64,000 nucleotides of DNA from an uncultured Acidobacteriota bacterium (lineage in GTDB: Bacteria > Acidobacteriota > Thermoanaerobaculia > UBA5066 > Gp7-AA6), in assembly GCA_963707935.1 (NCBI GenBank), contig CAVPRN010000005.1:1426837-1490836 (forward strand), in the 5' to 3' direction. This document shows, one piece after another, positions 34,486 through 44,794 of this stretch. The notes beneath the pieces are model-generated. The model had not been told where the DNA came from and did no database searches. It was given only the letters and a program-made list of their open reading frames with translations. Position 1 is the first letter of the stretch. Each line of letters opens with the position of its first letter. Position numbers and translations under genes: made by a program.

Positions 34486-34501
34486 TGATGTAATCGCATC
34501 A
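34486..34501. promoter_or_regulatory. class A palindrome site (TGATGTAATCGCATCA)
   Basis: Perfect TGATG-N6-CATCA. It lies in the divergent promoter between the USP-(PAS-LuxR) unit and the PNPOx-like operon, 43 and 53 nt from the two ATGs. Confidence 0.6.
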
Positions 34502-34546
34502 AACTTGGGGGCCGCGGGCGGCCCGCGGCCCGGCGAGGGCATCGTC

Positions 34547-34999
34547 ATGCTCGGAATGCTCTCTTCCGACGAGATCGATCGGCTCCTTCGAGCCGAGGTG
34601 ACCGGCCGCATCGGCTGCCACGCGGACGGTCGGACCTACGTCGTGCCGGTTACATTCGCCTACCAGGCCGGGATCATCTACGGACAGGCGACCGAGGGTC
34701 TGAAGATCCGGATGATGCGCAAGAATCCGCGGGTGTGCTTCGAAGTGGACCGGATCCGGGACCTCGCCCACTGGGAGAGCGTGATCGCCTGGGGGATGTT
34801 CGAGGAGCTGCGGGGCCGTCCGGCCGTCGAGGCGATGGATCTGCTGATCGATCGGCTCGCCTCGCTCGTGACGAGCCGGACGGGCCCGTCGGTGGAGCGG
34901 AAGGGGGATCGGCCTCCCGACGGTGACGCCGACGGCCGGAAGCTCGTCACGTACCGGATCGTGCTGACCGAGAAGACGGGCCGGTTCGAGAGGAGTTGA
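34547..34999 (+). CDS. pyridoxamine 5'-phosphate oxidase-family (FMN-binding split barrel) protein
   Basis: 150 aa. IDRLLRAEVTGRIGCHADGRTYVVPVTFAY..IYGQATEGLKIRMMRKNPRVCFEVD. Confidence 0.75.
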   Translation: MLGMLSSDEIDRLLRAEVTGRIGCHADGRTYVVPVTFAYQAGIIYGQATEGLKIRMMRKNPRVCFEVDRIRDLAHWESVIAWGMFEELRGRPAVEAMDLLIDRLASLVTSRTGPSVERKGDRPPDGDADGRKLVTYRIVLTEKTGRFERS

Positions 35000-35016
35000 A
35001 GGAGACCCGACTCCGG

Positions 35017-35454
35017 ATGACTCTCGACAGGCGGACCCTGCTCGCCGCTCTCGGTGTCTGGCTCATGCTTCTGGGCTTCGCCTTCATCAACGCCCTGTTT
35101 CGCGAGAGAGTTCTCGAGCCGAATCTCGGAGCCGAACCGGCTCACATCCTCGCGACGACGACCCTCGCCGGCGCGATCCTGGTGGCGGCCATCCTCTGGA
35201 TCGGAACGAGCCCGCGCAACTACGCGTGGCGGGAGCTCCTGACGATCGGACTCCTCTGGTTCTGCCTGACCGTCGTGTTCGAATTCTCCGTCGGAAGGTT
35301 CGTCCTCGGACGATCCTGGGCAGAGTTCCTCGCCGACTACGATCTCACGCGGGGCCGGCTCTTCCTCCTCGTCCTTCTGGCGGAGCTCGCCGGACCCCCG
35401 ATCGCCGGACTCGGCCGGCGGATGGCGCGCAAGAGCGAAGGTGGTTCTCGCTGA
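35017..35454 (+). CDS. hypothetical membrane protein (4 TM)
   Basis: GAAGGAG lies upstream of the ATG at 35017. It is hydrophobic throughout and I recognised no domain. Confidence 0.5.
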   Translation: MTLDRRTLLAALGVWLMLLGFAFINALFRERVLEPNLGAEPAHILATTTLAGAILVAAILWIGTSPRNYAWRELLTIGLLWFCLTVVFEFSVGRFVLGRSWAEFLADYDLTRGRLFLLVLLAELAGPPIAGLGRRMARKSEGGSR

Positions 35455-35509
35455 ATTGCGCCGAACGGCTCGCTCGAGTCGGCGATCCGGGAGAACCGTT
35501 TCCCCTGCG

Positions 35510-36160
35510 ATGAACCCACGCGACGGGAGATTCGGGCGGCCGCCGGCGTCCCGCCGAGAGCCACTCGTCCTGGTCCTGCTGCTCGCCGCGGCGGTCGTCG
35601 TCGCCGGCATCTCTCCGAAGGACCGTCGGACCTGGCTTCTGGAGATTGCGCCCGTCCTGCTCGGGGTCCCGATCCTGATCGCGACCTTCCGTCGCTTTCG
35701 CTTGACGCCGCTCGCGTATCGCCTGATCTTCCTGCACGCTCTCCTGCTCGTCGTGGGCGCCCACTACACCTTCTCGCAGGTGCCCGCCGGGATCTGGCTG
35801 CGAGACACTCTGGGCTTCGCCCGAAACCACTACGACCGGGTCGTGCACTTCGCCGGCGGTTTTTCCTCCGCCATCCTCGGTCGAGAGATCCTGCGACGTC
35901 GGACGCCGCTCCCCGAGGGAGGCTGGCTCTTCTTTCTCGTGGCCATCAGCTGCCTGGGCGGGAGCGCGTTCTACGAGCTTCTGGAGTGGAGCGCCGCCCG
36001 GGCGATCGGCGCGGAGGCGACGACTTTCCTCGCCACCCAGGGAGACGTCTGGGACACCCAGTGGGACATGTTCCTCGGCCTGGCCGGCTCCGTCCTCGCG
36101 CAGCTTCTGCTCGCCCGCCGACACGCTCGGGAGCTCGATGCGCTCACTTCCGGAGCTTGA
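35510..36160 (+). CDS. DUF2238/YjdF-like inner membrane protein
   Basis: 216 aa. YDRVVHFAGGFS..FYELLEWSAA..QGDVWDTQWDMFLGLAG. Confidence 0.6.
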   Translation: MNPRDGRFGRPPASRREPLVLVLLLAAAVVVAGISPKDRRTWLLEIAPVLLGVPILIATFRRFRLTPLAYRLIFLHALLLVVGAHYTFSQVPAGIWLRDTLGFARNHYDRVVHFAGGFSSAILGREILRRRTPLPEGGWLFFLVAISCLGGSAFYELLEWSAARAIGAEATTFLATQGDVWDTQWDMFLGLAGSVLAQLLLARRHARELDALTSGA

Positions 36161-36190
36161 CTCTTCCCGACGGAGAAGATTCCCCGGCAG

Positions 36191-37531
36191 TCAGACCCCG
36201 GAAGGGAACGTCTCCGGCACCTCTCCGCGCTCCCATTCGGCACTTCTCTCCAGCGGCTCGACGGCCCGCGTCCGGTCGATGTGGAGAAGGGCGTCGAACT
36301 GGTCGGGAAGGCAGGCATAGAAGTAGTGACTCGCGCGCTCCGTCTCCGGAGCGTAGATCACGCCGATCGCTCTTTCGAGAAGGGGCTCTCGCAGCTCCGG
36401 AATCGGATTCTGCGCGCCGAGGGGGAGAAAGAAACGTTGGATCCCCGCCGCGTGAAAGAGAGCCTCGTAGCTCCCCGGAAGCGAGGGACGTACGCGCTTG
36501 CGTTCGGCCGGTCCATGCCAGTCGGAGGCCGCGGTGACCGTCCCCTCGTGCGTCGTGAACCCGACGAGCACCGCCTGGGATCCGTGCTGCTCGCGGACGA
36601 GCTGGCCGACGTTCCACTCGCCGCCGTGCCCCATCTCGGTCGCGCGCGCGTCGCCCAGGTGCGAGTTGTGTTCCCAGAGGACGATCTTGGCCGGCGAGCC
36701 CCCGGCGGACAGGAAGCCGAGCAGCGCCTCGAGCGTCTCCGCCATGTGCCGGTCGCGGAGATTCCATGAGAGCGCCCGCGTGCGGAACATGGAGCGGTAG
36801 TACTCCTCGGCGTTCTTGACGAGGCGGGCATTCTGCTCCGCGAAGAAGAAGTCGTCGGGCGCCAGCCGCCCGTCGCGGCGCGCGTACTCCGCCGCCGAGC
36901 GCCGAAGCTCCAGGAGCTGTCCGACCGCCTCGTCCTCGCACGACCGGGCAATCCCCAGCTCGGCGGCGTATCCGTAGGTCTGCGGATCGCCTCCCACGTG
37001 ATCGAAGCAGGAGTAGCGGCGGCGCGCACGCCGCGCGCCCTCCGGGTCCACCTTGTCGAGGTAGGAGAGGACCGCCCCCATCGAGGCGTGGAGGCTGTAG
37101 AGATCGAGCCCGTAGAAGCCGACCTTGCGATCCCCGGCCGCCGCGCGATCGTTGTGCGCCCGCAACCACCCGATGAAGTCGAGGACGTCGGCGTTGCGCC
37201 ACATCCAGGCTGGAAACCGTTCGAAGCCGGAGAGGGCGTCCACGCTGTCGGGATCCCGGCCCTCGGCACGCACGTAGCGGTTGACGCGATAGGCATCCGG
37301 CCAGTCCGCCTCGACCGCGACGGCCGAAAAGCCCTTTTCGGCGATGAGGCGCTTGGTGATGACCGCCCGCTCCCGATAGAACTCGTGGGTTCCGTGAGAG
37401 GCTTCGCCGATCAGGACCAGTCGGCAGTCTCCAATCCGTTCCAGAAGCGGATCGTAGTCTTCCAGAGCGCCGGAGAGAGGGCGCGCGACCTCGCGGACCT
37501 TCCGGGCCGCCGCGCTTTCGGTGAGAGTCAT
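36191..37531 (-). CDS. erythromycin esterase-family protein
   Basis: 446 aa. LVLIGEASHGTHEFYRERAVITKRLI..FSAVAVEADWPDA..MWRN..FYGLDLYS..VLWEHNSHLGDAR. Confidence 0.85.
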   Translation of the reverse strand: MTLTESAAARKVREVARPLSGALEDYDPLLERIGDCRLVLIGEASHGTHEFYRERAVITKRLIAEKGFSAVAVEADWPDAYRVNRYVRAEGRDPDSVDALSGFERFPAWMWRNADVLDFIGWLRAHNDRAAAGDRKVGFYGLDLYSLHASMGAVLSYLDKVDPEGARRARRRYSCFDHVGGDPQTYGYAAELGIARSCEDEAVGQLLELRRSAAEYARRDGRLAPDDFFFAEQNARLVKNAEEYYRSMFRTRALSWNLRDRHMAETLEALLGFLSAGGSPAKIVLWEHNSHLGDARATEMGHGGEWNVGQLVREQHGSQAVLVGFTTHEGTVTAASDWHGPAERKRVRPSLPGSYEALFHAAGIQRFFLPLGAQNPIPELREPLLERAIGVIYAPETERASHYFYACLPDQFDALLHIDRTRAVEPLERSAEWERGEVPETFPSGV

Positions 37532-38931
37532 GCGCGACCTCCGTGTGGACGCGCCTCCGTCTCGCGGGCGGCAGCGCTTTCGAGCAGCTCCCGGACCTCT
37601 TCGTCCCTTGTCTGTTCGAAGTTCTCGTAGAAGCGGCCGACCGCGAGAAAGGGCTCCGGTGTCGCCGCGCAGATCACGTCGTCCACGAGCGGCCGGAGCT
37701 CCCGGCAGGTCCTCGCGGGGGCCACGGGAACGGCCACCACGACGGCACGAGGGCCGAGCCTCCGGACCGCCTCGACCGCGGCGCGCATGGAGGATCCGGT
37801 GGCCAGGCCGTCGTCGACGAGGATCACCGTCCGTCCTCGCAGATCGAGAGGCGCCCGGTCCCCCCGGTAGGAATGCTCGCGCCGGCGCAGTTCTCGCTCC
37901 TCTTCGCGCGTGATCGCGTCGATCCGTTCACGGGGAATCGCGAACTGCCGCACGAGATCCGCGTTGACGACCCGAACGCCGCCGGAAGCGATGGCGCCCA
38001 GGGCCAGCTCTTCCTGACCCGGCACGCCGAGCTTGCGCACCAGGAAGACGTCGAGCGGAGCACCCAGAGACCGGGCGACCTCGTCGGCGACCGGGACTCC
38101 CCCGCGCGGCAGCCCGAGGACCAGAACGTCCTCCCGCCCGCCATAGGCCCGAAGACTGTCGGCGAGCGCCCGGCCGGCGTCCCGGCGGTCGTGAAACGGG
38201 AGCCGGACCTCGTCACGGCCCGGCGTCTCCCAAGGCTGCCCGGTGGACGCCTTCTCCGGCCGCGTGAAGTGTCGCTCGAACCAGGCCGTCGCGAGACGCG
38301 AAACTTCCTCCAGCGCGCCCGACTCCTCGAAGAGATGGGTCGCTCCCGGCACGAGGATCAGCTGCTTCTCGCAGCGGAGCGCCTCGAGCGCCGCGCGGTT
38401 CAGCTGCAACACCTCCTCGTCGCGCCCCCCCACGATCAAGAGCGTCGCCGCGGCAACGTGCGACAGGGCCGAACCGGCCAGATCCGGCCGCCCGCCCCGT
38501 GAGACGACCGCCCGGATCGCGTCGCCGAAACCCGCCGCCGCGACGAGCGCGGCGGCCGCCCCCGTGCTCGCGCCGAAATACCCGATCGGCAGTCCCCGAA
38601 CGGCCGCCTGTTCCGACGCCCAGATCGTCGCCGCGATCAGACGCTCAGCGAGAAACTCGATGTCGAATCGAAGATGAGCGCGCTGCCGGTCCGCGGCCTC
38701 TTCCCCCGGAGTCAGCAGGTCGAAGAGAAGCGTTCCGAGCCCCGATCTCTGCAACGCTGCGGCCACTCGCCGGTTGCGCGGGCTCAGACGGCTGCTTCCG
38801 CTCCCATGCGCGAAGAGAACCAGACCCTGCGCGCCCGGCGGCAGGAAAAGCTCTCCGTCGAGGTAGACCGAGCCTGCCGGTATCGAAACGGCCTTGCTGA
38901 CGGACTCGCCGAACCGAAGGGATGTATCCAT
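37528..38931 (-). CDS. fusion protein: alpha/beta (dienelactone-type) hydrolase plus phosphoribosyltransferase
   Basis: N-terminal domain: LVLFAHGSGSSRLSPRN..GYFGASTGAAAAL..LIVGGRDE..PGATHLFEE. C-terminal domain: VLGLPRGGVPVA..VRKLGVPGQEELALGAI..VILVDDGLATGSSM. The stop overlaps the esterase ATG. An alternative ATG lies at 38967. Confidence 0.85.
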   Translation of the reverse strand: MDTSLRFGESVSKAVSIPAGSVYLDGELFLPPGAQGLVLFAHGSGSSRLSPRNRRVAAALQRSGLGTLLFDLLTPGEEAADRQRAHLRFDIEFLAERLIAATIWASEQAAVRGLPIGYFGASTGAAAALVAAAGFGDAIRAVVSRGGRPDLAGSALSHVAAATLLIVGGRDEEVLQLNRAALEALRCEKQLILVPGATHLFEESGALEEVSRLATAWFERHFTRPEKASTGQPWETPGRDEVRLPFHDRRDAGRALADSLRAYGGREDVLVLGLPRGGVPVADEVARSLGAPLDVFLVRKLGVPGQEELALGAIASGGVRVVNADLVRQFAIPRERIDAITREEERELRRREHSYRGDRAPLDLRGRTVILVDDGLATGSSMRAAVEAVRRLGPRAVVVAVPVAPARTCRELRPLVDDVICAATPEPFLAVGRFYENFEQTRDEEVRELLESAAARETEARPHGGRA

Positions 38932-38979
38932 GGCCAGCCCCCCCGGTAGCAGTCTTACGCTGCGCATCGGGTGCGGCCA

Positions 38980-38995
38980 TGATCCATTTTCATCA
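38980..38995. promoter_or_regulatory. class A palindrome site (TGATCCATTTTCATCA)
   Basis: Exact TGAT-N8-ATCA. Its centre is about 56 nt upstream of the ATG at 38931. Confidence 0.55.
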
Positions 38996-39021
38996 GGAGC
39001 GTGGCAGTCCGGCGCGCGGCC

Positions 39022-41596
39022 TCATCGAGGGGAGAGCGCACCAGAGGGCGCGGCCCGCGCCCTTGCGTGGATCACCTTGAAGGCCTCGAACCACAGGATG
39101 CTGAAGACTCCCGCCGCGAGACAGATCACGAGGTCGTCGCCGTGCAGTCTGGAAAAGCCGAAGAGGTCTCGAAGGACGGGGACCCGGAGGACCAGGGCGA
39201 GAAAGAACACCGCCCCTCCCAGGACCCAGGCGAGAGCGGTGTTTCGCGATCGGAAAGAATCGACGATCGTGCGCGTCCAGGAGCGATTCGCCAGAATCAG
39301 GGCGAGGTTCGCGATGATCAAGGTCGTGAAAGCGAGCGCCCGCGCGTCCTCCGCCCCCTGACCGCGCGTGACGGCAAACGCGAAAACCCCGAAGACGACG
39401 GCGAGAACCCCGGCTCCCTGAAGAAGGGCGATTCCCACCGCGCGCCGCGAGAAGAGGGGCTCGTCCGGCCGCCGAGGCGGCCGACGCATGAGGTCGACTT
39501 CCTCCCCCTCGGCCTCGAAGACCAGGGAGCAGGCGGGGTCGATGATCAGCTCGAGGAAGACGATGTGCACGGGAAGCAGGACGAGCGGCCATCCGAAGAG
39601 CACCGGCAGCAAAGTCATTCCCGCGATCGGAACATGGATGGCGAGAATGTAGGCGACGGCCTTGCGAAGATTGTCGAAGATCCGTCGACCCATGCGGACC
39701 GACTCGACGATCGAGGAGAAATCGTCGTCGAGGAGCACGAGGTCGGCGGCCTCGCGGGCGACGTCGGTCCCCCGCTCTCCCATGGCGATCCCCATGTCCG
39801 CGGCTTTCAGGGCGGGAGCGTCGTTGACGCCGTCTCCCGTCATCGCGACGATCTCGCCGTTCGCTTTCAAGGCGTTGACGAGGCGCAGCTTCTGCTGCGG
39901 GACGACCCGGGCGAAGACGTCTACGGACGCGACCCGGCGGCGCAGGGTCTCCTCGTCCATGCGTTCCAGCTCCGGGCCCGTCAGGACGCGGATCTCGCGG
40001 GAATCGTCGAGCCCGATCTGCCGGGCGATGCTCGCGGCGGTGGTCGGATAATCCCCCGTGATCATCACGATCCGGATCCCGGCGGCGTGACATTCCCGGA
40101 TCGCCGCGGGCACCGTCGGGCGCACCGGGTCGGCCAGGGCGATCAGACCCACGAAGCGAAAATCGAAGCCGCGCGGGTCGGCCGGCAGCGCCGAGGGCTC
40201 GTGCGTCGCGCGGGCGACTCCCAGCACCCGCAGACCGTCCCCGGCCAACCGACCCACGCGGTCGAGCAGCCGCGGAGGATTCCGACGGCGATAGGCGGCA
40301 AAGTGTGGCGATCGCCTCCGGGGCCCCCTTGGCCGCGACGACGCCGATTGTCTCCGCCGGAGGACGCCAGACATGCGTCGTGGCCAGCAACCGCGGCGAG
40401 ATCGGGTATTCCCGCACGGGCTCCCAGTCGTCGTGGATCCCGCCGAAGGGCCCGAGAGCTCGAGTGCCAAGGTCACGAATGGCGCGCTCCATCGGATCGA
40501 ACGCGTCCCTTCGGCTCGCGAGGACGCCGGACTCGACGAGCTCCCGGAGCTCCTCGCGAAGAGGCCCGTCCTCCAGCGGAATCTCGTCGAGGCCGGGTCC
40601 CGCCGAGAGCTTGCGCACCGACATGCGGTTCTGGGTGAGCGTGCCCGTCTTGTCGACACAGAGCACGGTCGCCGCGCCCAGGCTTTCGATCGCGGCGAGG
40701 CGACGGGTCAGGACGTTCTTGCGAGAGATCCGCCAGGCGCCGAGCGCCAGGAAGATGGTCAGGACGACGGGAAATTCTTCGGGCAGGATCGCCATGGCCA
40801 ACGCGAGACCTGCCAGAAAACCGTCGAGCCAGTTCCCCCGCATCAGCCCGTGCACAACGACCAGGGTCAGGCAGAGGGCAACCGCACCGACGGCGACCCG
40901 GCGCACGAGGCGGCCGGTCTCCCTCTGGAGACGCGTCTTCTCGGGAACGATCGTCTGGAGGGACTGCCCGATCCGGCCGATCTCGGTGCGCGCTCCGGTT
41001 GCGTCCGCGCGGGCGACGGCGCCTCCGGAGACCAGGAGAGTTCCCGAATAGACGAACGGCTGGTCGTCTCCCCCCGGCCTGCCCCGCGACGGCGCGCCGG
41101 GCCACACCCCTAACTTCCGCACCGGCACGGACTCTCCCGTCAGAAGCGATTCGTCGGCCGAGAGACCTGAGGCCTCCAGAAGCGTCGCGTCCGCAGGAAC
41201 TCGGTCTCCTTCCGAGAGCAGCAGGATGTCCCCACGGACGACCTCCCGCCCCGCGATCCGCCGGCGCCGGCCGCCGCGACGCACGAGCGCACGGGGGCTC
41301 GCGAGCTCCCGCAGAGCTGCGAGCGCCCGCTCGGTCTTGCGGTTCTGATAGAGGGAGATTCCGATCACCACGAGGACCGAGAAGAGAAGCACCAACGCCT
41401 CGCGCAAGTCGCCGAGCAGAAGGTAGACCGTCGACGCGGCGAGGAGCAGCAGGATCATCGGCTCGCGCACGATGTCCCAGGCGATCGCGAGGAGGCTCCC
41501 CCGGCGCGCCGCGGGAAGCTCGTTGTAGCCCTCCTGCCGCAGGCGAGCGGCGGCTTCCTCTTCGGATAACCCCTCGAGGCTCTTCGAGTCGATCAT
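39022..41596 (-). pseudogene. cation-translocating P-type ATPase (type II-like); one frame break near 40290
   Basis: TGES, CVDKTGTLT (the phosphorylation site), MITGDYP and TGDGVNDAPAL. There are about 10 TM segments. The length is 2575 nt. Confidence 0.9.
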
Positions 41597-41706
41597 TCGT
41601 CTCTCTCGACGGAGCCGGAATCCGCCCGGCGTCTCGACCGGCATTCTCACCAGTTCCCGAGGTCTCGATCGCGCTCGGACCAGCGGGGAAAACCGAGGAC
41701 CCGTCG

Positions 41707-42945
41707 CTACTTCGACGCCACGAGCGCTCCGGCCCAGGCTGCGAGGATCACGAGGAGGAGCCCGGGAATCGTCTCGAGCGCGAAGCGGCGTCCGCCTGCC
41801 GCTGCCGCCGCAACCGCCTTGGTCACTGTGTTGGTGGACAGCGCCGTCAGAATCGGCCACACGGCCTCCGACGCCGAAATCTTGCTCGCGGCCGTGAGGG
41901 ACGCCGCGGAGATGGCGGCCGCGTGCGCGTCCGCGAAGCCCGCCAGGCCGACCGCGACGAGCAGGCCCCGCTTGCCCAGCCACTGGTTTACGGCCGCCGA
42001 GAGAAGCAGGATGCCCGACACCGTCGCCGCAAAGAGAAACGAGGTCTTCAGATCGAAGGCGCGTCCGAGCGGCGCCGCTCCGTCGGAACGCCGCCGGGCC
42101 AGGCGGAAGGCGAAGAGGAGGCCGTAGCCCCCGGCCGCCAGGCCCGCGAAGAGTAGCGGCAGGCGCATCGCCCGAAGGGTCGGAGGACTCGTCGCGCCGA
42201 GAACGACGACCATCTGCACGACCGTCGCGACGGACGAGAGGACGGCCCCGGCGACGGCCGGAAGGCAGAGATTCGGCTCCTTCGCGGCGCGCTGGCCCAT
42301 CGCGCCGATCGTTGCGGCGCTCGAAACGAACCCGGAGGCGAGACCGGCGAGCGGCAACCCGAGACGCACGCCGAGGAGCCGAAGGGCGACGTAGCCGCCG
42401 GCGGAGATCGCCATGACCAGAACCGTGAGCTTCCAGAGAGTGCGGGGATTCAGGACTCCGAAGGGCCCGACCGGCCGGTCGGGCGTCAGGGGGAGCACGA
42501 CTAGAGCCGCGGCTGCGAAGAGGAGCGCGTCGTGGAGCTCCTGCTCCGTCAGGACCCGTCGCACGAATCGGTGCAGGCGGGTGCGCGCGGCGAGCAGGAT
42601 CGCGACGGTGGCGCCGAGCCCCGCGGCCAGCGCCGGCTGCCGCACGGCCAGGGCGCCCAGGAGAAACGTCGTCAGCAGGGCGACCTCGGTCGTCAGCCCC
42701 GGGTCGGCCGCGCGGCTGCGAAAGTACGCGATTGCGGCGAGCGCGCCGACGGCGAGCATCGAGACGACGAGAACCGCCTCTCCGCCGAAAGCGAGGCTGA
42801 CCCCCCCCGCCAGCGCCACGAGCCCGAAGGTCCGGATCCCCGCCGGCGCCCGGCCGGGTCCCTTCCCCTTGCGCCGTTCCCGCTCCGCCCCGATGAGCAG
42901 GCCGATGCCGAGGGAGACCGCCAGCCGAACGGCGAGCGCGTCCAT
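41707..42945 (-). CDS. MgtC/SapB-family plus DUF4010 membrane protein
   Basis: 412 aa. LGIGLLIGAERE..GIRTFGL at the N-terminus, then a polytopic region. Confidence 0.7.
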   Translation of the reverse strand: MDALAVRLAVSLGIGLLIGAERERRKGKGPGRAPAGIRTFGLVALAGGVSLAFGGEAVLVVSMLAVGALAAIAYFRSRAADPGLTTEVALLTTFLLGALAVRQPALAAGLGATVAILLAARTRLHRFVRRVLTEQELHDALLFAAAALVVLPLTPDRPVGPFGVLNPRTLWKLTVLVMAISAGGYVALRLLGVRLGLPLAGLASGFVSSAATIGAMGQRAAKEPNLCLPAVAGAVLSSVATVVQMVVVLGATSPPTLRAMRLPLLFAGLAAGGYGLLFAFRLARRRSDGAAPLGRAFDLKTSFLFAATVSGILLLSAAVNQWLGKRGLLVAVGLAGFADAHAAAISAASLTAASKISASEAVWPILTALSTNTVTKAVAAAAAGGRRFALETIPGLLLVILAAWAGALVASK

Positions 42946-42950
42946 CCAGC

Positions 42951-44720
42951 TCACGGGCGCTCTCGATCGCCGGTCGCGGCCCGAGCGGCGACGATCTGCC
43001 GCGCGCGCTCGAGCGCCCCGTCGAGATCCGATGTGAGGTTCTCGCGGCCGTAGTCGTCGAGCCTCCCCGCCCGCTCCAGCGCCGCCGCCGGCTGCGCCTG
43101 GAGTCCCGCGATCAGGAACGCGATGCCATGGCGGACCGCGTCGCGGCGGAGGTCGTCGAGCACCCGAATCCCGGTCGCGTCGATCGCGGGGACGTTGCGC
43201 ATGCGCAGGATGAAGACCTGCGGGCGCCGCGCCACGAAGGAGAGAACCTCCTTGAGCTTCTCCGCCGCGGCGAAGAAGAAGGGCCCGTTGATCTCGTAGA
43301 TCTCCACACCCGCCGGAATCGTCCGCCGCGCGACGCCGTCGGGATCTCCCAGCATCGTGCCGTCCGGGGTCTCGCGGAACTCGCGGGTGACCGCCTCGAC
43401 GTTGGTCACGTCGGCCATGCGGCGCATGAAAAGGAAGGCCGCGAGCACGATTCCGACCTGAACCGCGACGGTCAGATCGACCAGCACCGTGAGGAGGAAG
43501 GTCACGAGCAGGACCGCCACGTCGCTCTTGGGAGCCCGCAGGAGTGTCACGAAAGCGTGCCATTCGCTCATGTGATAGGCCACGACCGTCAGGATCGCCG
43601 CGAGGGTTGCGAGCGGGACGAGGCTGACCCACTTCCCGAGGAGCAGGAGGACCGCGAACACCGTCAGGGCGTGGACCATGCCGGCGACCGGCGTGCGGCC
43701 GCCGTTCTTCACGTTGGTCGCCGTGCGCGCGATCGCTCCGGTCGCCGGGATCCCGCCGAAGAGGGCGGACGCGATGTTGGCGATGCCCTGCCCGACCAGC
43801 TCGACGTTCGACTTGTGCCGGCTCCCGATCATCCCGTCGGCCACGACCGCCGAGAGGAGCGACTCGATGGCGGCGAGCAGGGCCACGGTGACCGCGGGCA
43901 GGAAGAGCTCCCGCAGAGCCTCCCCCGTCACCGAGGGAATTCGCGGCGCGGGGAACCCGGAGGGAAACGCGCCGAAGCGGGATCCGATCGTCTCGACGGG
44001 AAGCTCGAGCAGCGCCGCCGCCGCGCTCGAGGCGAGGATCGCCACGATCGGAGCCGGGACCTTTCGGGAAACGCGCGGCCAGAAGGCGAGGATCGCGAGG
44101 GAGCCGGCCGAGATCGCCGACGGCGGCCGGGGAGACCGTGCCGAGGGCGCGGCCGAGGGCCTGCCACTTCGCGAGGAAGGGGGCGGGCACCGACGCCCAT
44201 CGAGCAGGCCCATCAGGTCCTTGAACTGCGAGGAGAAGATCAGAACGGCGATTCCGGCGGTGAATCCCAGGACGACGGGATACGGGATGAACTTGATCGC
44301 ACCGCCGAAGCGGGCGAGGCCCATGCGCGACCAGAAGGACGCCCGCGATGAGCGTGCAGACGAGAAGACCGTCGATCCCGTACTGCGGCCACGATGCCGG
44401 CGACGATGACGACGAAGGCTCCGGTCGGCCCGCCGATCTGCACGCGGCTGCCTCCGAGCAGCGAGATCAGGAAGCCGGCGACGACCGCGGTGATCAGCCC
44501 CTTCTCGGGCGGGACGCCGGAGGCGATGGCGAAGGCGAGGGCGAGCGGCACCGCGACGATTCCGACGACGACGCCCGCCTGCAGCGTCGGCGGCGAGCTG
44601 TCCGGCCGTGTAGCCGCGCAGGACGGTAAACGTCTTCGGCAGGAAGGCGGAGCGGGCTGCAGCCGCCGCGGGAAGAGGGACGCGCGAACCGCCGGCTTCG
44701 TCGGATCAGGCGGCGGCCAT
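42951..44720 (-). pseudogene. SulP-family anion transporter with a C-terminal STAS domain; several frame breaks (about 44590, 44385, 44195 and 44120); start uncertain
   Basis: Segments: [20 protein letters not shown] | [49 protein letters not shown] | ..[20 protein letters not shown].. | VPAPFLAKWQAL.. | SAGSLAILAFW...; the STAS segment is EIYEINGPFFFAAAEKL..ILRMRNVPAIDATG. Confidence 0.8.
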
Positions 44721-44794
44721 TCTAACGGCTGCCGGCGCGGTCGCGCCGGACGCGCTCGCCCGACGGACGCTCCCGATCGCTCGGGACCGACCGG

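Noticed and set aside
34713-34728. A near-match to the class A site, TGATGCGCAAGAATCC, lies inside the PNPOx-like coding region.
   Set aside because: It lacks the terminal ATCA and lies in the middle of a CDS with no downstream start. I treat it as a chance half-site. A similar isolated half-site, TGATTCGCTCGC, occurs near 55506.
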